Assembly (NCBI RefSeq): GCF_000372725.1
Contig: NW_005201092.1
Span: 117,683 to 169,345, forward strand
Direction: 5' to 3'
Length of the DNA: 51,663 bases
Source of the DNA: Emiliania huxleyi CCMP1516
Taxonomy: Eukaryota
Shown here piece by piece: positions 1 through 11,262 of this stretch. The notes below the pieces were generated by a model that saw only the letters and a program-made list of their open reading frames with translations, made no database searches and was not told the DNA's origin. Numbering within the stretch: the first letter of the stretch is position 1; each line of letters starts with the position of its first letter. The position numbers were made by a program, and so were the translations under genes.

Positions 1-114
1 CACCCTACTCCCACCACTCACACCCTACTCCCACGCTGTTCCGACCCCACTCCCACGCTACTCTCACCTCACTCCCACCCCACTCCCACGTGCAACCCAC
101 AGAGCTGGATGGGC

Positions 115-1210
115 TTGAGTGACGGCGCGGGGATGGCCCGCCAGCAGCCCGGCGAGGTATTCGAGCTGCAGGAGATGTCGACCTGCAAGTCATCTCGGGG
201 ACCAAATCGAAGTTCGCGCGCTCAGGTGCTTCATACCCGTCCGTTTCTGGATACTTGGACGATCCACACGTCGTAACGCCGCGGCCACGGCGTGGATCGT
301 CCCGTTTGAGGTCGCCCACGGACGCTCCATGTCGTAGCCGCGGCGTCGACGCCGCGGCCACGGCGTGGATCGTCCGTTTCCGCATTCTTGGACGATCCAC
401 ACGTCGTAGCTGGATGTCGCGGCCACGGCGTGGATCGTCCCGATTAAGGTCACCCGCGGACGCTCCGCGTCGTCGCCGCGGCGTCGCCGCGACTCCTGGC
501 TTCCCGCTCCGGACTTTTGCCGGCGCGCGTTGCGATTTCGTCCGCTCGCAGCGGCAGACTCGCCGCGAGGACTTCAGGCGGCGGCGCGGCAGACTCCAGC
601 GCCCCGGGCAGCACGCGGAACGGCAAGTCGAGCGCCGCCTCGGCTTTCGCGAGCGCGCCTGCCGCCGAGACGGGCGCGCCGGCTCGACCGCACACCGCGT
701 CGCCGCCCAGTGCAGCGTCACCGCCGCGCTAGGCGCGGTGTCGAGTTCCGCCGCCGCCAGGGAGAACGCCTCGTCGAGGTCCGCCGAAACGGGGGCGAGG
801 GCTCCGGGTTCCTGCGCCAGCGACGCCACCACCCGTAGCGCCTCCCGTCGCTCCGCCGCGAACGCCTCCGCGCCGCCCGGCTCCGCGAGCAGCCTGACGC
901 AGCGCCGGAAGCGCTCGTCGGCGAGCACGCGCCCTCGCGCCGCCCTCGCGCCGCCGCCGCAGCATCTGCGGTACAGCTTCTGGAGGAGGGCGGTGAGGGC
1001 TTTCCGGCGCTACCTTGGCCACGTGCAACGGCTGGCGCTCCCAGTCGATCGTCTCTTCCCGCCAGCGGGAGGAGCGCCGAGGCGCGCAGGGTCGTCCTCG
1101 GAGGCCGCCTCGGCGACCAATCGGTTCACGTCGCGGCTCGTGAGCGCTCGCGGCGAATCGTCGTCTCCCGAGGCCTTGGCCGCCGCGAGGGTCAGCCGGC
1201 GAGTGTGCGC
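115..1210 (-). CDS. Hypothetical Ala-rich protein, multi-exon, boundaries uncertain
   Basis: A GC-AG intron at 183-520 joins ...EIATRA-G to RHLLQLEYLAGLLAGHPRAVTQ in frame. Upstream coding-like segments (LADERFRRCVRLLAEPGG...) change frame. No family recognised. Confidence 0.4.
255..495. repeat. Intronic repeat made of hairpin modules (GGACGATCCAC...GTGGATCGTCC)
   Basis: GGACGATCCAC at ~257 and ~389; its reverse complement GTGGATCGTCC at ~292, ~365 and ~429. All lie inside the 183-520 intron. Confidence 0.75.
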
Positions 1211-1650
1211 TTGAGGACGGCGGGCCGCCTCGTTGCGGCGCCCCGGGCCGCTCGGCGAGAGCGCGCCCGTCGCAGCAGCAAATACCGTGTGAGTGCTGTG
1301 GCAAGACGCATGCTCGTCGACAGGCGCGCGATCAGGCGGTGCGGGTCGGCGGCGGCGCTCAGCGCCTGGGCAACAGAGTGTAGGCTCGACGGAGCGCGTG
1401 CGTCGCAGAACAGTGACGCGGACGTGCGCTGCGCCTACGCTCTCCTTGCGGACACGGTTTGCGGCAGCGCGCAGCGGTCGAGCCACGGCCGCTGCGCCGC
1501 GTGAATTTGACACAACTTTTTCATCGCAAGGCATTGCCTGATATCACATTTTTAGTTTATTGAACGCATCAGCACACACGAAAGAGTACTCGCCGCGCAT
1601 CGCGGTCGATGGCTAGGAAGCGCTGAGCCTGTGGGGTACACGTCCCCACT

Positions 1651-4600
1651 TCAGATTCGCTGCCAGATCATCGATCGCCAGGCAGGGAGCGAGGGAGCCG
1701 CTGGGAGGGAGGGGGCGGCCAGACCGCGGAGGGAGGGGGCGGTCAGACCGCTCATCCACTTGTGACGGTGCCTATACGCACACGCGAGGAGCAGCACAAG
1801 GAAGAGCGCGGCCAACACGCCCCCGACCACGGCGCCGGTGGGGAACGGGTCGCCGGAACTGTGCTCCACGGGCAAGACTGGAGGCTTCGGAGGCCGCGGC
1901 GGTGGCGCGGGCGCCCCGGCGGGTGGGTAGGGAGGCGGGTGAGGCGGCGGCGGCTGCGCAGGCGGCTTGGTAGGCAATGGCGAAGGCGGCGGCAGCGAGG
2001 GTGGCAAGGGCGAGGGCGCCATGTTGGGCGGGAAGGGCGGCGTCGGGGGCGGTGACGGCGGCGGCAACGGTAGCGGTTTCGACGGCTGGGGCGGAGGTGG
2101 CGGCAGGAGAGGACTTGTCGGGGGAGGGAGGGACGGCTTGCGTGCGGGCGCTGAGCCTAGGCCACTGCGTGAGTGGCGGAGGAAGCGGTACAGCGACCTT
2201 ACACAGCTGGTTGCAAGTCTGAACACAGGCCGGTGTGCTTTGACAAGCCAGCAGGCACGCGCTGAGACAAGCACTTGCTGCAGGAGGTGAAGGGGGCGCC
2301 GATGGCGGAGGCAGCGACGGCAGCGGTGATACCAACGGTGGTGGGGCTGAAGGCGGTACAGGGGACGGTGTAGGTGGCGCTGACGGCAGAGGAGGCGACG
2401 GCGGTGACGCGACATCGACCTTACACAGCTGGTTGCAAGTCTGAACACAGGCCGGTGTGCTTTGACAAGCCAGCAGGCACGCGCTGAGACAAGCACTTGC
2501 TGCAGGAGGTGAAGGGGGCGCCGATGGCGGAGGCAGCGACGGCAGCGGTGATACCAACGGTGGTGGGGCTGAAGGCGGTACAGGGGACGGTGTAGGTGGC
2601 GCTGACGGCAGAGGAGGCGACGGCGGTGACGCGACATCGACCTTACACAGCTGGTTGCAAGTCTGAACACAGGCCGGTGTGCTTCGACAATAGAGCAGGC
2701 ACGCGCTGACACAAGCACTTGCTGCAGGAGGTGAAGGGGGCGCCGATGGCGGAGGCAGCGATGGCAGAGCTGACAGCGATAGTGGCGATGCCGGTTGTGG
2801 CGATGGCGGTAGGCTCGTAGTCGGAGGGGACGATGCGGGCGGCGCGCTCGGCGGCACAACCGCGAGGCTGGTGGAGCGCGGGTAGAACTTTGAGAGGGCC
2901 GGCGAGAAGGCGATCGGAACCCCGTCGCTCCCCTGCGGTGGCGCCTCCAAGCCGGAGATGTCCTGCAGGCGGCGGCGGCGCGTGCCGCTCCCGGCGTCGT
3001 CCCAGGTCGTGAGGATCTCGGTCACGTCGAGAAGCGCCTCGCCGCCGAGGAGAATGCGGCCGCCGACGCGGAGGCCGCAGCTGAGGTGCCCGACCCACAG
3101 AGTGGTGTCGCCAACGGCGGCATCGCGCGTGAGCACCATCGGGTCGGATTTGCAGGGCGGGGGATCGGGCAGAGGCGACGGCGGCGCGACGGCAGGTGGC
3201 GGTGTGACGGATACCCCGCACCTCTCGCTGCAGCTCTGAAGGCATGCCGCTGTGCCTTGGCGGCACGCCGGGTCGGCACGGTACCGCAGACATGCGCTGA
3301 GACACAAAACTGCGGCTGGAGGCGCATCCGGTGGCGCGGGCGGTGGGTCGGGCAGTGTGTCCTGCGGTGTCGGGGGCGGCGGCAGTGGCGGCGGCAGTGG
3401 CAAGGGCGGCGGCGGTGAGGGTGGGGGCGGTGGTGGCGAGGGTGACGGCGGTGGCGACGGAGGTGGTGGCGGAGCCTGCGGTGCATCCTCAGGCGTGCGA
3501 GGCGGGGCATTGGGCGGCGGTGGGCTCGGAGGCGGAGGCGGCGACGGCGGCGGCGGGCTCGGAGGCGGAAGCAGCGTGGCCGGGGGGGGCAAGGGTGGTG
3601 GCGGCGGCGAGGCGGTTGGCGTTTTCGACGGCTGGACGGCAGGTGGTGGCGCTGATGGCGACGGCATCGGTGCAAGTAGTTGCGGTGGCAACGGCGGCGT
3701 GGTGCCTGCCGCGCACATCTCGACGGCGCTGCGCCGAACGGCGCTGTGGGGCGACCCGAGGACAGGCTCAAAGGAGAAGCCGGCGCCGTTGGCGCCATAC
3801 GGGAAGGTTGAGAGACCGAGAAATGCCTGGATCTGAGCCGTGTCGACGGCACCGTTCATGCGCACTTCGACGGCCACCGCGGCGAAGACGGCAAGCTCGG
3901 CCTCGCTTCCGGCCGGCTGCTCCAGCTGGGCGACGTACGACGAGGTCGAGGCGTCATACTCCGCGCGGATGAGCATGCCCTCCTGCGGGCCGCTGGCGCG
4001 CTGGTAGCCGGTGAAGCTAACAGTCGGTACCGAGGTGCCCATGCTGTACAGGCCATGCGGGTTGGAGTACGCCGAGAGCACACTTCCCCGCGTCACCTGT
4101 ATTGCTGGCAAAGCGGCGGCCGCGTCTTCGGACGCCAAGGGGCTCACAACTACTCGCACCTCAAAGTAGACGTCTGTCCCGACGGCGGGAGTCTGCGTCT
4201 CGCTCGGCACGCGCGCGGTGTCTTGACCGACGCCGCCCCAGGCCGCGGCGCGGAGTAGCACATTCGACCCCGGAGCTGCGGTCGAATCCACCCCGCACTG
4301 GGCCGACGGTTCGAGGAAGCGGTTGATATACTGGGTCGCGCGGCTGAGGTGGATGACGTCCTGCGAGTTGATGTTTGGCTGGCGGTACCGTGGGTCGGCT
4401 GGGTCGTCGCCGCCAAAGGCGCCGCCCAGCAGGTCGAGGGTGGGGTTGAGCTGCTGCTTGACCCAGTCGCAGCTGTACCCGCGCCCGTTGCTCCAGCCAG
4501 CGAGCGGGTTGGCGCCACTTGTGCCGGTGGCGAACGTGCTGTATGCCGTGGCGAACGTCTGTGCCTCGGTGACGTCGTTGACATTGAAGGCGCAATCTCC

Positions 4601-6328
4601 GCTTACGTCGCCAAAGATGCGCGCGGTGCAGGGGTCGCAGCCCGCGCCGGCCACCGCCGCTGGCTGCAAGCGGCGGGCGGGCGGTCTCAGTGACGACTCC
4701 CACGCCAGCTGGCTGTTCCGCAGACGGCGGCGCGTGGGCACGCCGACGAAGACCCGCGATAGAGCGGCGGCGGCCTGCAGGCTGCCCGTCGTGGTGCGAA
4801 GGTTGCCCGCGGCGCCGTCCTTGGCGCGCGTGTCGGATTGCAGCGAGACGATCTCGACCGTGACCTCGCCCGACAAGAGCCCGGTGCCCGAGACTGGGAT
4901 GGTGAAGTGGCCGAGACGGACCGTGTTCGGCGCGGGGACCGTCGAGGGATGGGATGCGGTGAGCCCCATCACCTGAGTCGACTGTACGTTGAAGCTTGCA
5001 GAGTTCAGGTAGCCGGTGGCGCCATTGTCCGTCCACTCGCCGCCCTCCGCGCTCAGCCCCTCGGGAAGCTCGACCTTGATCTGGACGGCGCGAAGGTACT
5101 GGCCCGCCTTTGGGCGAGCCCAGACGTGGATGACCATCCTCGGGCCTGAAGCGAAGTAGTAGGGCGCCCGATCATTATCGGAACTTGTGCCCATGTCGAC
5201 GTCCTCCTCTGCAGGCAAGAGGTTTGCCCAGATGCGCCTGTTCCATACGTCGCTGGCGCAGGCGATCCGGGCGCTGAGCCCAACCTTCTGATGGTGGTTG
5301 GCGCGCAGCGTCAGCGTGCCGGCCGTACTGATGGACACGTAGTCGGGGTGGCTCGACTCGAACGAGAGCAGCTCCGAAGGCGCGAACCAGGCAGAGGGGA
5401 GCGCGTTGATGGAGTCGTACTGGAAGCGGGCGCCGCCGCCATCGCTGTAGCCGAGATCGAAGCGCGACCGCTTCGTGCCACCCCGCTCGAGCTTGAGGGT
5501 CGAGCCCTCGACGACGTTCCACGCGCCCGTGAACGAGACGCCCGCGCGCGGCTCGCTCGAGACGGTGATGCTGGCCAGCTGAAAGCTCACGGAGGAAGTG
5601 TCGACGCCGCGAAGAGTCAGCTCGTCGCGTCGCCCAAAGGAGGCGATGCCGGCCCGCAGCGGCGCCACCACCCCGCCCTGCTCGGCGCGCGCGACGGCGG
5701 GCGAATCGGACGCGTAGCTCATTGCCGCAGTGAGATCTCCCGTGTCGCCCGTCGTCAGAGTGCCCTCCGAGCGCAATCGACCACGTTCGTAGAGCTCGGG
5801 GCTGTCGGTGCTACCGGCGCCGAGGGGCGACGCGCAAGGCAGTGGATGTAGCTGCTGCACGCTTGAGCTGCCTCCGGGGTAGGCGCTCATGAATGTGGAC
5901 ACGCTCGTGAGACGGGTGACCTCAGCGACGGCGGCGGCGTGGAAGTGAGCGGTGCCGACCGTCAGGTTGACCCGCACCTCGATTTCCGAGCACTGCGCGC
6001 CTGCAACGGCGGGCACGTGAACTGGTTATGCAATCATGCCAAGTCTGAGAAAGGAGCTGTTGGGTCGTAGAACAGGGGGGGCGTCAGACAACGCGGCGGG
6101 GGAGTCCCAGGCGGAGGTGCGCTGTTGGCGAGGAGATGGGCGTGGTCTCGGAAGGAGGAGCACCGGCGGGGTGAAGGTCTGGGAAGTGTCTCGGGGGTAT
6201 CGAGCACCCGGTAGGATGCGGACGCGGTCGAGCACGTTATCGACGACGGCACACGCGTCGTCGGGGACGGTGTACTCTGCCTCCGCCGCGGAGGCAAACG
6301 AGGCGGTGGAACCGTCGTCGTAATGTAC
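1651..6328 (-). CDS. Large Pro-rich single-pass surface protein with Ig-like, cohesin-like and dockerin-like modules (TMEM132-like architecture) and Cys-rich repeats
   Basis: 1414-aa ORF 1772-6016. Exon 6208-6328 splices in frame through a GT-AG intron at 6001-6207 (RILPG|AQCSE). Dockerin-like FGDVSGDCAFNVND and RRRL motifs are present. A putative 61-nt intron at 2137-2197 joins the frame ending in TM helix AVVGGVLAALFLVLLLACAY and a stop at 1651. Confidence 0.65.
2197..2780 (-). repeat. Coding tandem repeat, 222-bp unit, ~2.6 copies
   Basis: CCTTACACAGCTGGTTGCAAG at 2197, 2419 and 2641; each unit encodes SACLSACLLACQSTPACVQTCNQLCK plus a Pro-rich linker. Confidence 0.9.
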
Positions 6329-6480
6329 CTACGGGGAACGCTCAGGGAGGGGGGTGAGTGCAAGGCAGTGCACAGAGACGCGCCTCGGGCGTGTGCTCAA
6401 GGAGCTCGCGGGTGAGAATCTAGCTTAGGAGGAGCGGCCATGGGCAAGACTACAGAGTATTCAAGCCAGTAATGTTGCCG

Positions 6481-8957
6481 TCAAGTGAGTACGTGGTCGC
6501 ATTCTCCGTCCCCGGCCCAGTAGGCGCAGTAGTCTGGGCAGACAGGCGCAGAGGGAGGGGCGTGCGGAGGCGTCAAGCTGCGAGAGGGCGGCACAGCGGG
6601 GTTTAGAAGCGGGGGAGGCGACGCGGGCGGAGAGGCCTCTGGCGTCGGGGAGGACTCAGGGCTTGGCGAGGGCACAAGGCCGTCGTTCGAAGGTGTAGCG
6701 GCAGTCGGGAGCATCGGTGGGTGCAACGGAAGAGGTGATGATGGCGGAGGCGAGGGCGGCGGTGGTGAAGGAGGCGGAGGAGATGGTGGAGGTGGCGTGG
6801 GCTGAAGGAGCGTTGCTAGCGAGGGTAGTGGCGGTGGCGATGGTGGCGGTGGCGATGGCGGTGGTGGCGATGGTGGCGGCGGCGATGGTGGCGGCGGCGA
6901 TGGCGGTGGAGGCGAGGGTGGCAAGGGCGGTGAGGGATATACGTTGGTCGCGTACGGTGGCACGGGCGACGGCGAGGGCGGCGGAGGCGAGGGCGGCGGC
7001 GGTGAGGGAGGTGGTGGTGAGGGAGGCGGTGGGGAGGGAGGCGGTGGCATAGGTGACGTTGGCGGGGGTGAGGTGGGCGAAGGCGAGATTGGTGGAGGCG
7101 TTACGGGTGGCGATGCGGACGGCGGCGAGGGAGCATCGCAGTCACCGCCATCCCAGCCGCACTCGCTTTTGGCGCACCCCTGGTCGCAATCTCCGTCCCC
7201 GGCCCAGTAGACGCAGTAGTCTGGGCAGACAGGCGCAGAGGGAGGGGCGTGCGGAGGCGTCAAGCTGCGAGAGGGCGGCACAGCGGGGTTTAGAAGCGGT
7301 GGTGCCGGCGGTCGCGGCGATACGGGCGGCGAGGACGGTGAGGGTGGTAACGTTGGCAATGGGGGCGATATGTCCTCGCACTTGATGATCGGCTTTTCTT
7401 CGAACAATCCATTTGAACCGATTGCAAAGCTGTACTCCATGTCACAACCGTTGTGGTTGTGGTTGTGGTTGAACCCGCACTCCCAGTCCTTGCCGTCGTG
7501 CTGCATCCACCGCTGGACGCAATCCGGCGCCTCGTAGCAGTCCTCCACAAAGCGTCTGCAGACTGACACAACCAGCGGGGGGGAAGACATGGGACCACCG
7601 GCGGTGTGGAAGGTGGCGACAAAAGGACCGCCTCCGGTGCTGGCGAGGGCAGCAGACCGTCGTCGTTCGGTGGCGAGGTCGACGGGGTTGTCGATGAAGA
7701 AGGTTGTGGTAATGAGGGCGGCGGAGGCGAGGGCGGCGGGGGCGAGGGCGGCGGAGGCGAGGGCGGCGGAGGCGAGGGCGGCGGAGGCGAGGGCGGCGGA
7801 GGCGAGGGCGGCGGAGGCAAGGGTGGCGAAGGCGAGGGTGGCCGAGGTGTGGATGGCGATGGCACAGCGAGCGGAGGCGGCAATGGCGGCGGTAGCAGCA
7901 GTGGCGGTGGTAGTGGCAGCACATCCAAAGACCCAGACGCTTCGCCGGAGCCAGACTCGACGGAGCCAGTCTCGCCGGAGCCGGGCTCCTCGGCGTCCTC
8001 GGGGAACGGCACGGCAGTAGGGGGCGTTGAAGGTGGAGGCGTTGAAGGTGGAGGCGGCGAAGGCGGCTCCTTCAGTGGATACGCCGGACCGGCCGGGGGA
8101 GCTTGGGGTTCGCCTTTGGGTATTCTTGGTGGGGTGGATGGCGGAGGAGGGGACGGGGGAGACGGTGGCAAGACAGGAGAAGGGGTCGTCGATGGGAAGG
8201 GCGGTGGCGCATCCATGCCGGGAGATTGGGGTGGTGGCGCAGCCATGCCGGGAGATTGGGGCGGTGGCGATGGAGTCGGCGATGAGGGAGGTGAGTTGGA
8301 GGGGCCAACAGCAGCTGGCAGCATGGGCGACGTCGAGGGCGGTGGCGGGGAGGAAGGTGGCGGTGAGGGTGGCGGCGGTGAGGGAATGATCAAGCACGGG
8401 CAAGAAGCACAGACGACACGCTGGTCGGCCTCGGAAAGGAACCCGTTCGGCGGCTCCATGTTGAAAACAAGGCGCCCATCAGACCACCCTGGGTCCATGC
8501 AACCCGTGACGGCGGACTTCCAAGATCCATTCACGACCTCTATCGAGCGCAGCAGCTGCTCCGCGGCGTGCGTGCACTCCTCGAGGCTCTGGATTGCGCA
8601 CAACCCCTCGCGCGCGCAGTCGGTGTTGCCTACATCGACCCGCTGGTAGATGATCGGGCAGGCCGGCGACTGCGGCTCCAGGAGTGGCAGCAGCGGTGAG
8701 GGCGACATCGAGGGAATCGGCGGCGAGGGCGACATCGAGGGAATCGGCGGTGAGGGCGGCGGAGGCGAGGGCGGCGGCGGTGAGGGAGGCGGTGGGGAGG
8801 GTGGTGGAGGCGAGGGCGGCGGCGGCGTAGGCAATGCGCCTAGAGCGCCTGGAGGCATGGGTGACGGTGAGGGCGGTGGCTGCGAGGGCGGCGCTGGGGA
8901 GGGCGGCGGAGGCGAGGGCGGCGGTGGTGATGGAGGCGGAGGAGATGGTGGACGCAC
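6481..8957 (-). CDS. Extensin-like (SPPPP)n protein with LNR/Notch-like Cys repeats; frame change near 7600; possibly the 5' part of the 1651-6328 gene
   Basis: ORFs 7290-8957 and 6481-8403 carry SPPPP tracts. [30 protein letters not shown] fits the LNR pattern. A second, truncated copy ends at a possible GT donor (6492). Confidence 0.6.
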
Positions 8958-9229
8958 GAGCGCAAACTAACTGACGAGAAAGCAAACACCGTTGCGGTCT
9001 ACGAAACTAGTAATACGACATACATACATACGACTGGAAAGCCCGCGCCGATGTGGACAGTTATTGTGCTTCCGCTGCATTGCCTGAACTTTTAACAACT
9101 TGCTTGTGGAAGGGCCGGTTGGGAGTTGCAGAGGCTTTGCCGGTTCAGCCTGCTCGGTCGGCGTCGGCGGTTCGGCGCGCGCACCGGGGTGGTCTCCACC
9201 GATCGCGGGAGCTCCGTGTGTAGGGACGG

Positions 9230-9334
9230 CAATGCCCTCTCCCCGCACGCAAGCTCGTTCGCCGACTGCCACGCCACAGCGGTGTGGAGAACGGTGGACA
9301 GCCGCTGCATTTGCAGGCCGTGCCAACTCTTGGT
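9230..9334 (-). mobile_element. Short 3' remnant of a CRE-like non-LTR retrotransposon (same family as 14720-16163)
   Basis: Encodes TKSWHGLQMQRLSTVLHTAVAWQSANELACGE, nearly identical to the C-terminus of ORF 14741-16078. Confidence 0.75.
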
Positions 9335-9783
9335 AGGTAGGTAGGTGAAGAACAGCCAGGCTGCTCGGACTGGACACCAACGCGGTATGGGTGCACGCGG
9401 GACAGATGACGATGACACGCTCGAGCGACACACAGACACAAACTGGCTAACCCATAAAAAAAGCGCACAAGACACACAGCCTGCGTGGATCGCCCACACA
9501 ATCCTCGCTACCCAACGCGGCCAAAGGATATCAGCCTCGAGAACCTCGAGAACACAGCCAGCAGGGAAAAGAAAGAAAGTAAGAATTCTTCTCTCGGCCG
9601 CGGCCACACCATCCGATCCGCCTCAGCCTCGAGAGCGCTTAGAGGGATGGGAGGACGGCACGCCGCCACCACACAGGGATTTTAAGAAGAGGGGTGTGGT
9701 GCGCTATCCGTCGCCCATACTGAAGTCAAGTGCAGATTTTTCTTCTCTTAGAGCTCTACCCCTGATTGCCAGCTGCCTGATTG

Positions 9784-11231
9784 ATGATGGAGCCACACAT
9801 TGTGTGTGTGACTTTGCTCCTCTCCGTCATCAGCGGGTGCGCCGCACACGGCGCCATCGTCAGCCCGCGCAGCCGCAATTCGATTGACTACCTCGCCGGC
9901 GTCCGCGGAATCGACCGCTGCTACAACTTTTCGGGACCGGCGTGCGAAAACGGGCAAGCGGCCCACTACTACTCGCAGGGCTGCACGATCGGCTGCCCGA
10001 CGTGCGACCACGTCAGCGGGCGCCAGCAGGTCGACCTGTGCGGCCTCGGCAAGTCGGCGACGCTGCCCGACTATGCGCGCAGCGTGAACCGGCAGGCGGC
10101 GGCGGGCTCGGACCTCGACATCTACAAGCACAACCCGTGGCGCGCCCCCGGCTCCGCGCCCGTCGCCGACGCGTGCGGGCTCGCTGGCGGCACGCCGTGG
10201 GGCGCCGACGCGCCCGAAGAGGGCAGGTACGTCGCGCCGCGCTTTTTCTGTTTTGTCGTGGGCATGGGGAATTCTTTTTTGTGTCTTCACAGGTACGTCA
10301 ACACGAGCTTTGCGCACCACGGCATGCGGGGCACGGCGCTGCGCGAGCTGGCGACGGGGGTTCGGTGGGTGATCGGCGGGGCGGCGGAGGTGACGTGGCA
10401 GGTTCGCAACAACCACGGAGGAGGGTACAGCTACCGGCTCTGCCCCGCGGGCGAGGCGCTCACCGAGGCCTGCTTCCAGCGCCACCCGCTCCCCTTCGAG
10501 CGCACCAAGCAGGCGTGCTCTTCTTAGACCGCTACGCTGGTCGCAGTTTTGGTAGTGGCAGCGGTAGTAGAAGCAGTAGGAGGAGGAGGGGGAGGAGGAG
10601 GAGGAGTGGAGGAGGTGTTGGTAGGAGTAGGAGTGAGAGGAGGAGGAGGAGAGTAGCAGCAGCTGCTGCTGCTGCTGCACGAGGAGGCGCAGTAGCAGCT
10701 GGCCAGACTGTGCCTTCACATTCTTTGCCCAGCTGGCTAGGCCCTCGTCGTCGCGAGCGGCCAGAAGGTGCCGATCCGAGGCCTCTTTGTCGACGAAGGC
10801 ACCCGAGATTACCCCCGAGATTACCCGAGATTACCCCCGAGATTACCCCCGAGATTACCCGCGGCCTCTTTGTCGACGAAGGCACCTCGCCTCCCGAGAT
10901 ACCCCCGAGATTACTCGAGATTCCCCCCGAGATTACCACAGATTACCACAGATTACCCCCGAGATTACCCCCGAGATTGCCCGAGATGACCCGAGATTGC
11001 CCGAGATTAGGCACCTCGCCTCCCGGCTCGACGTGGGCGCGGCTGCCTCTTCCAGCGGACATCCTCGGTCCGCGCTGCGCGTGCAGGCGTGCACCTCTGC
11101 TAGTCCTCGTGTGCTCACACCACCACACTGTGGGGGGGGAGATGCCCGAGCCATGTCCATGTCCATGTGCATGTGCATGTCCATGTCCATGTCCATGTCC
11201 ATGTCCATGTCCATGTCCATGTCCATGTCCA

Positions 11232-11262
<31 letters not shown>

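Noticed and set aside
1..100. CCCACT/CCCTACT runs as telomeric repeats
   Set aside because: Irregular and not a (CCCTAA)n array; probably intronic low-complexity sequence.
7606..8970. Gly-rich plus-strand ORFs
   Set aside because: Antisense shadows of the Pro-rich gene in high-GC DNA.
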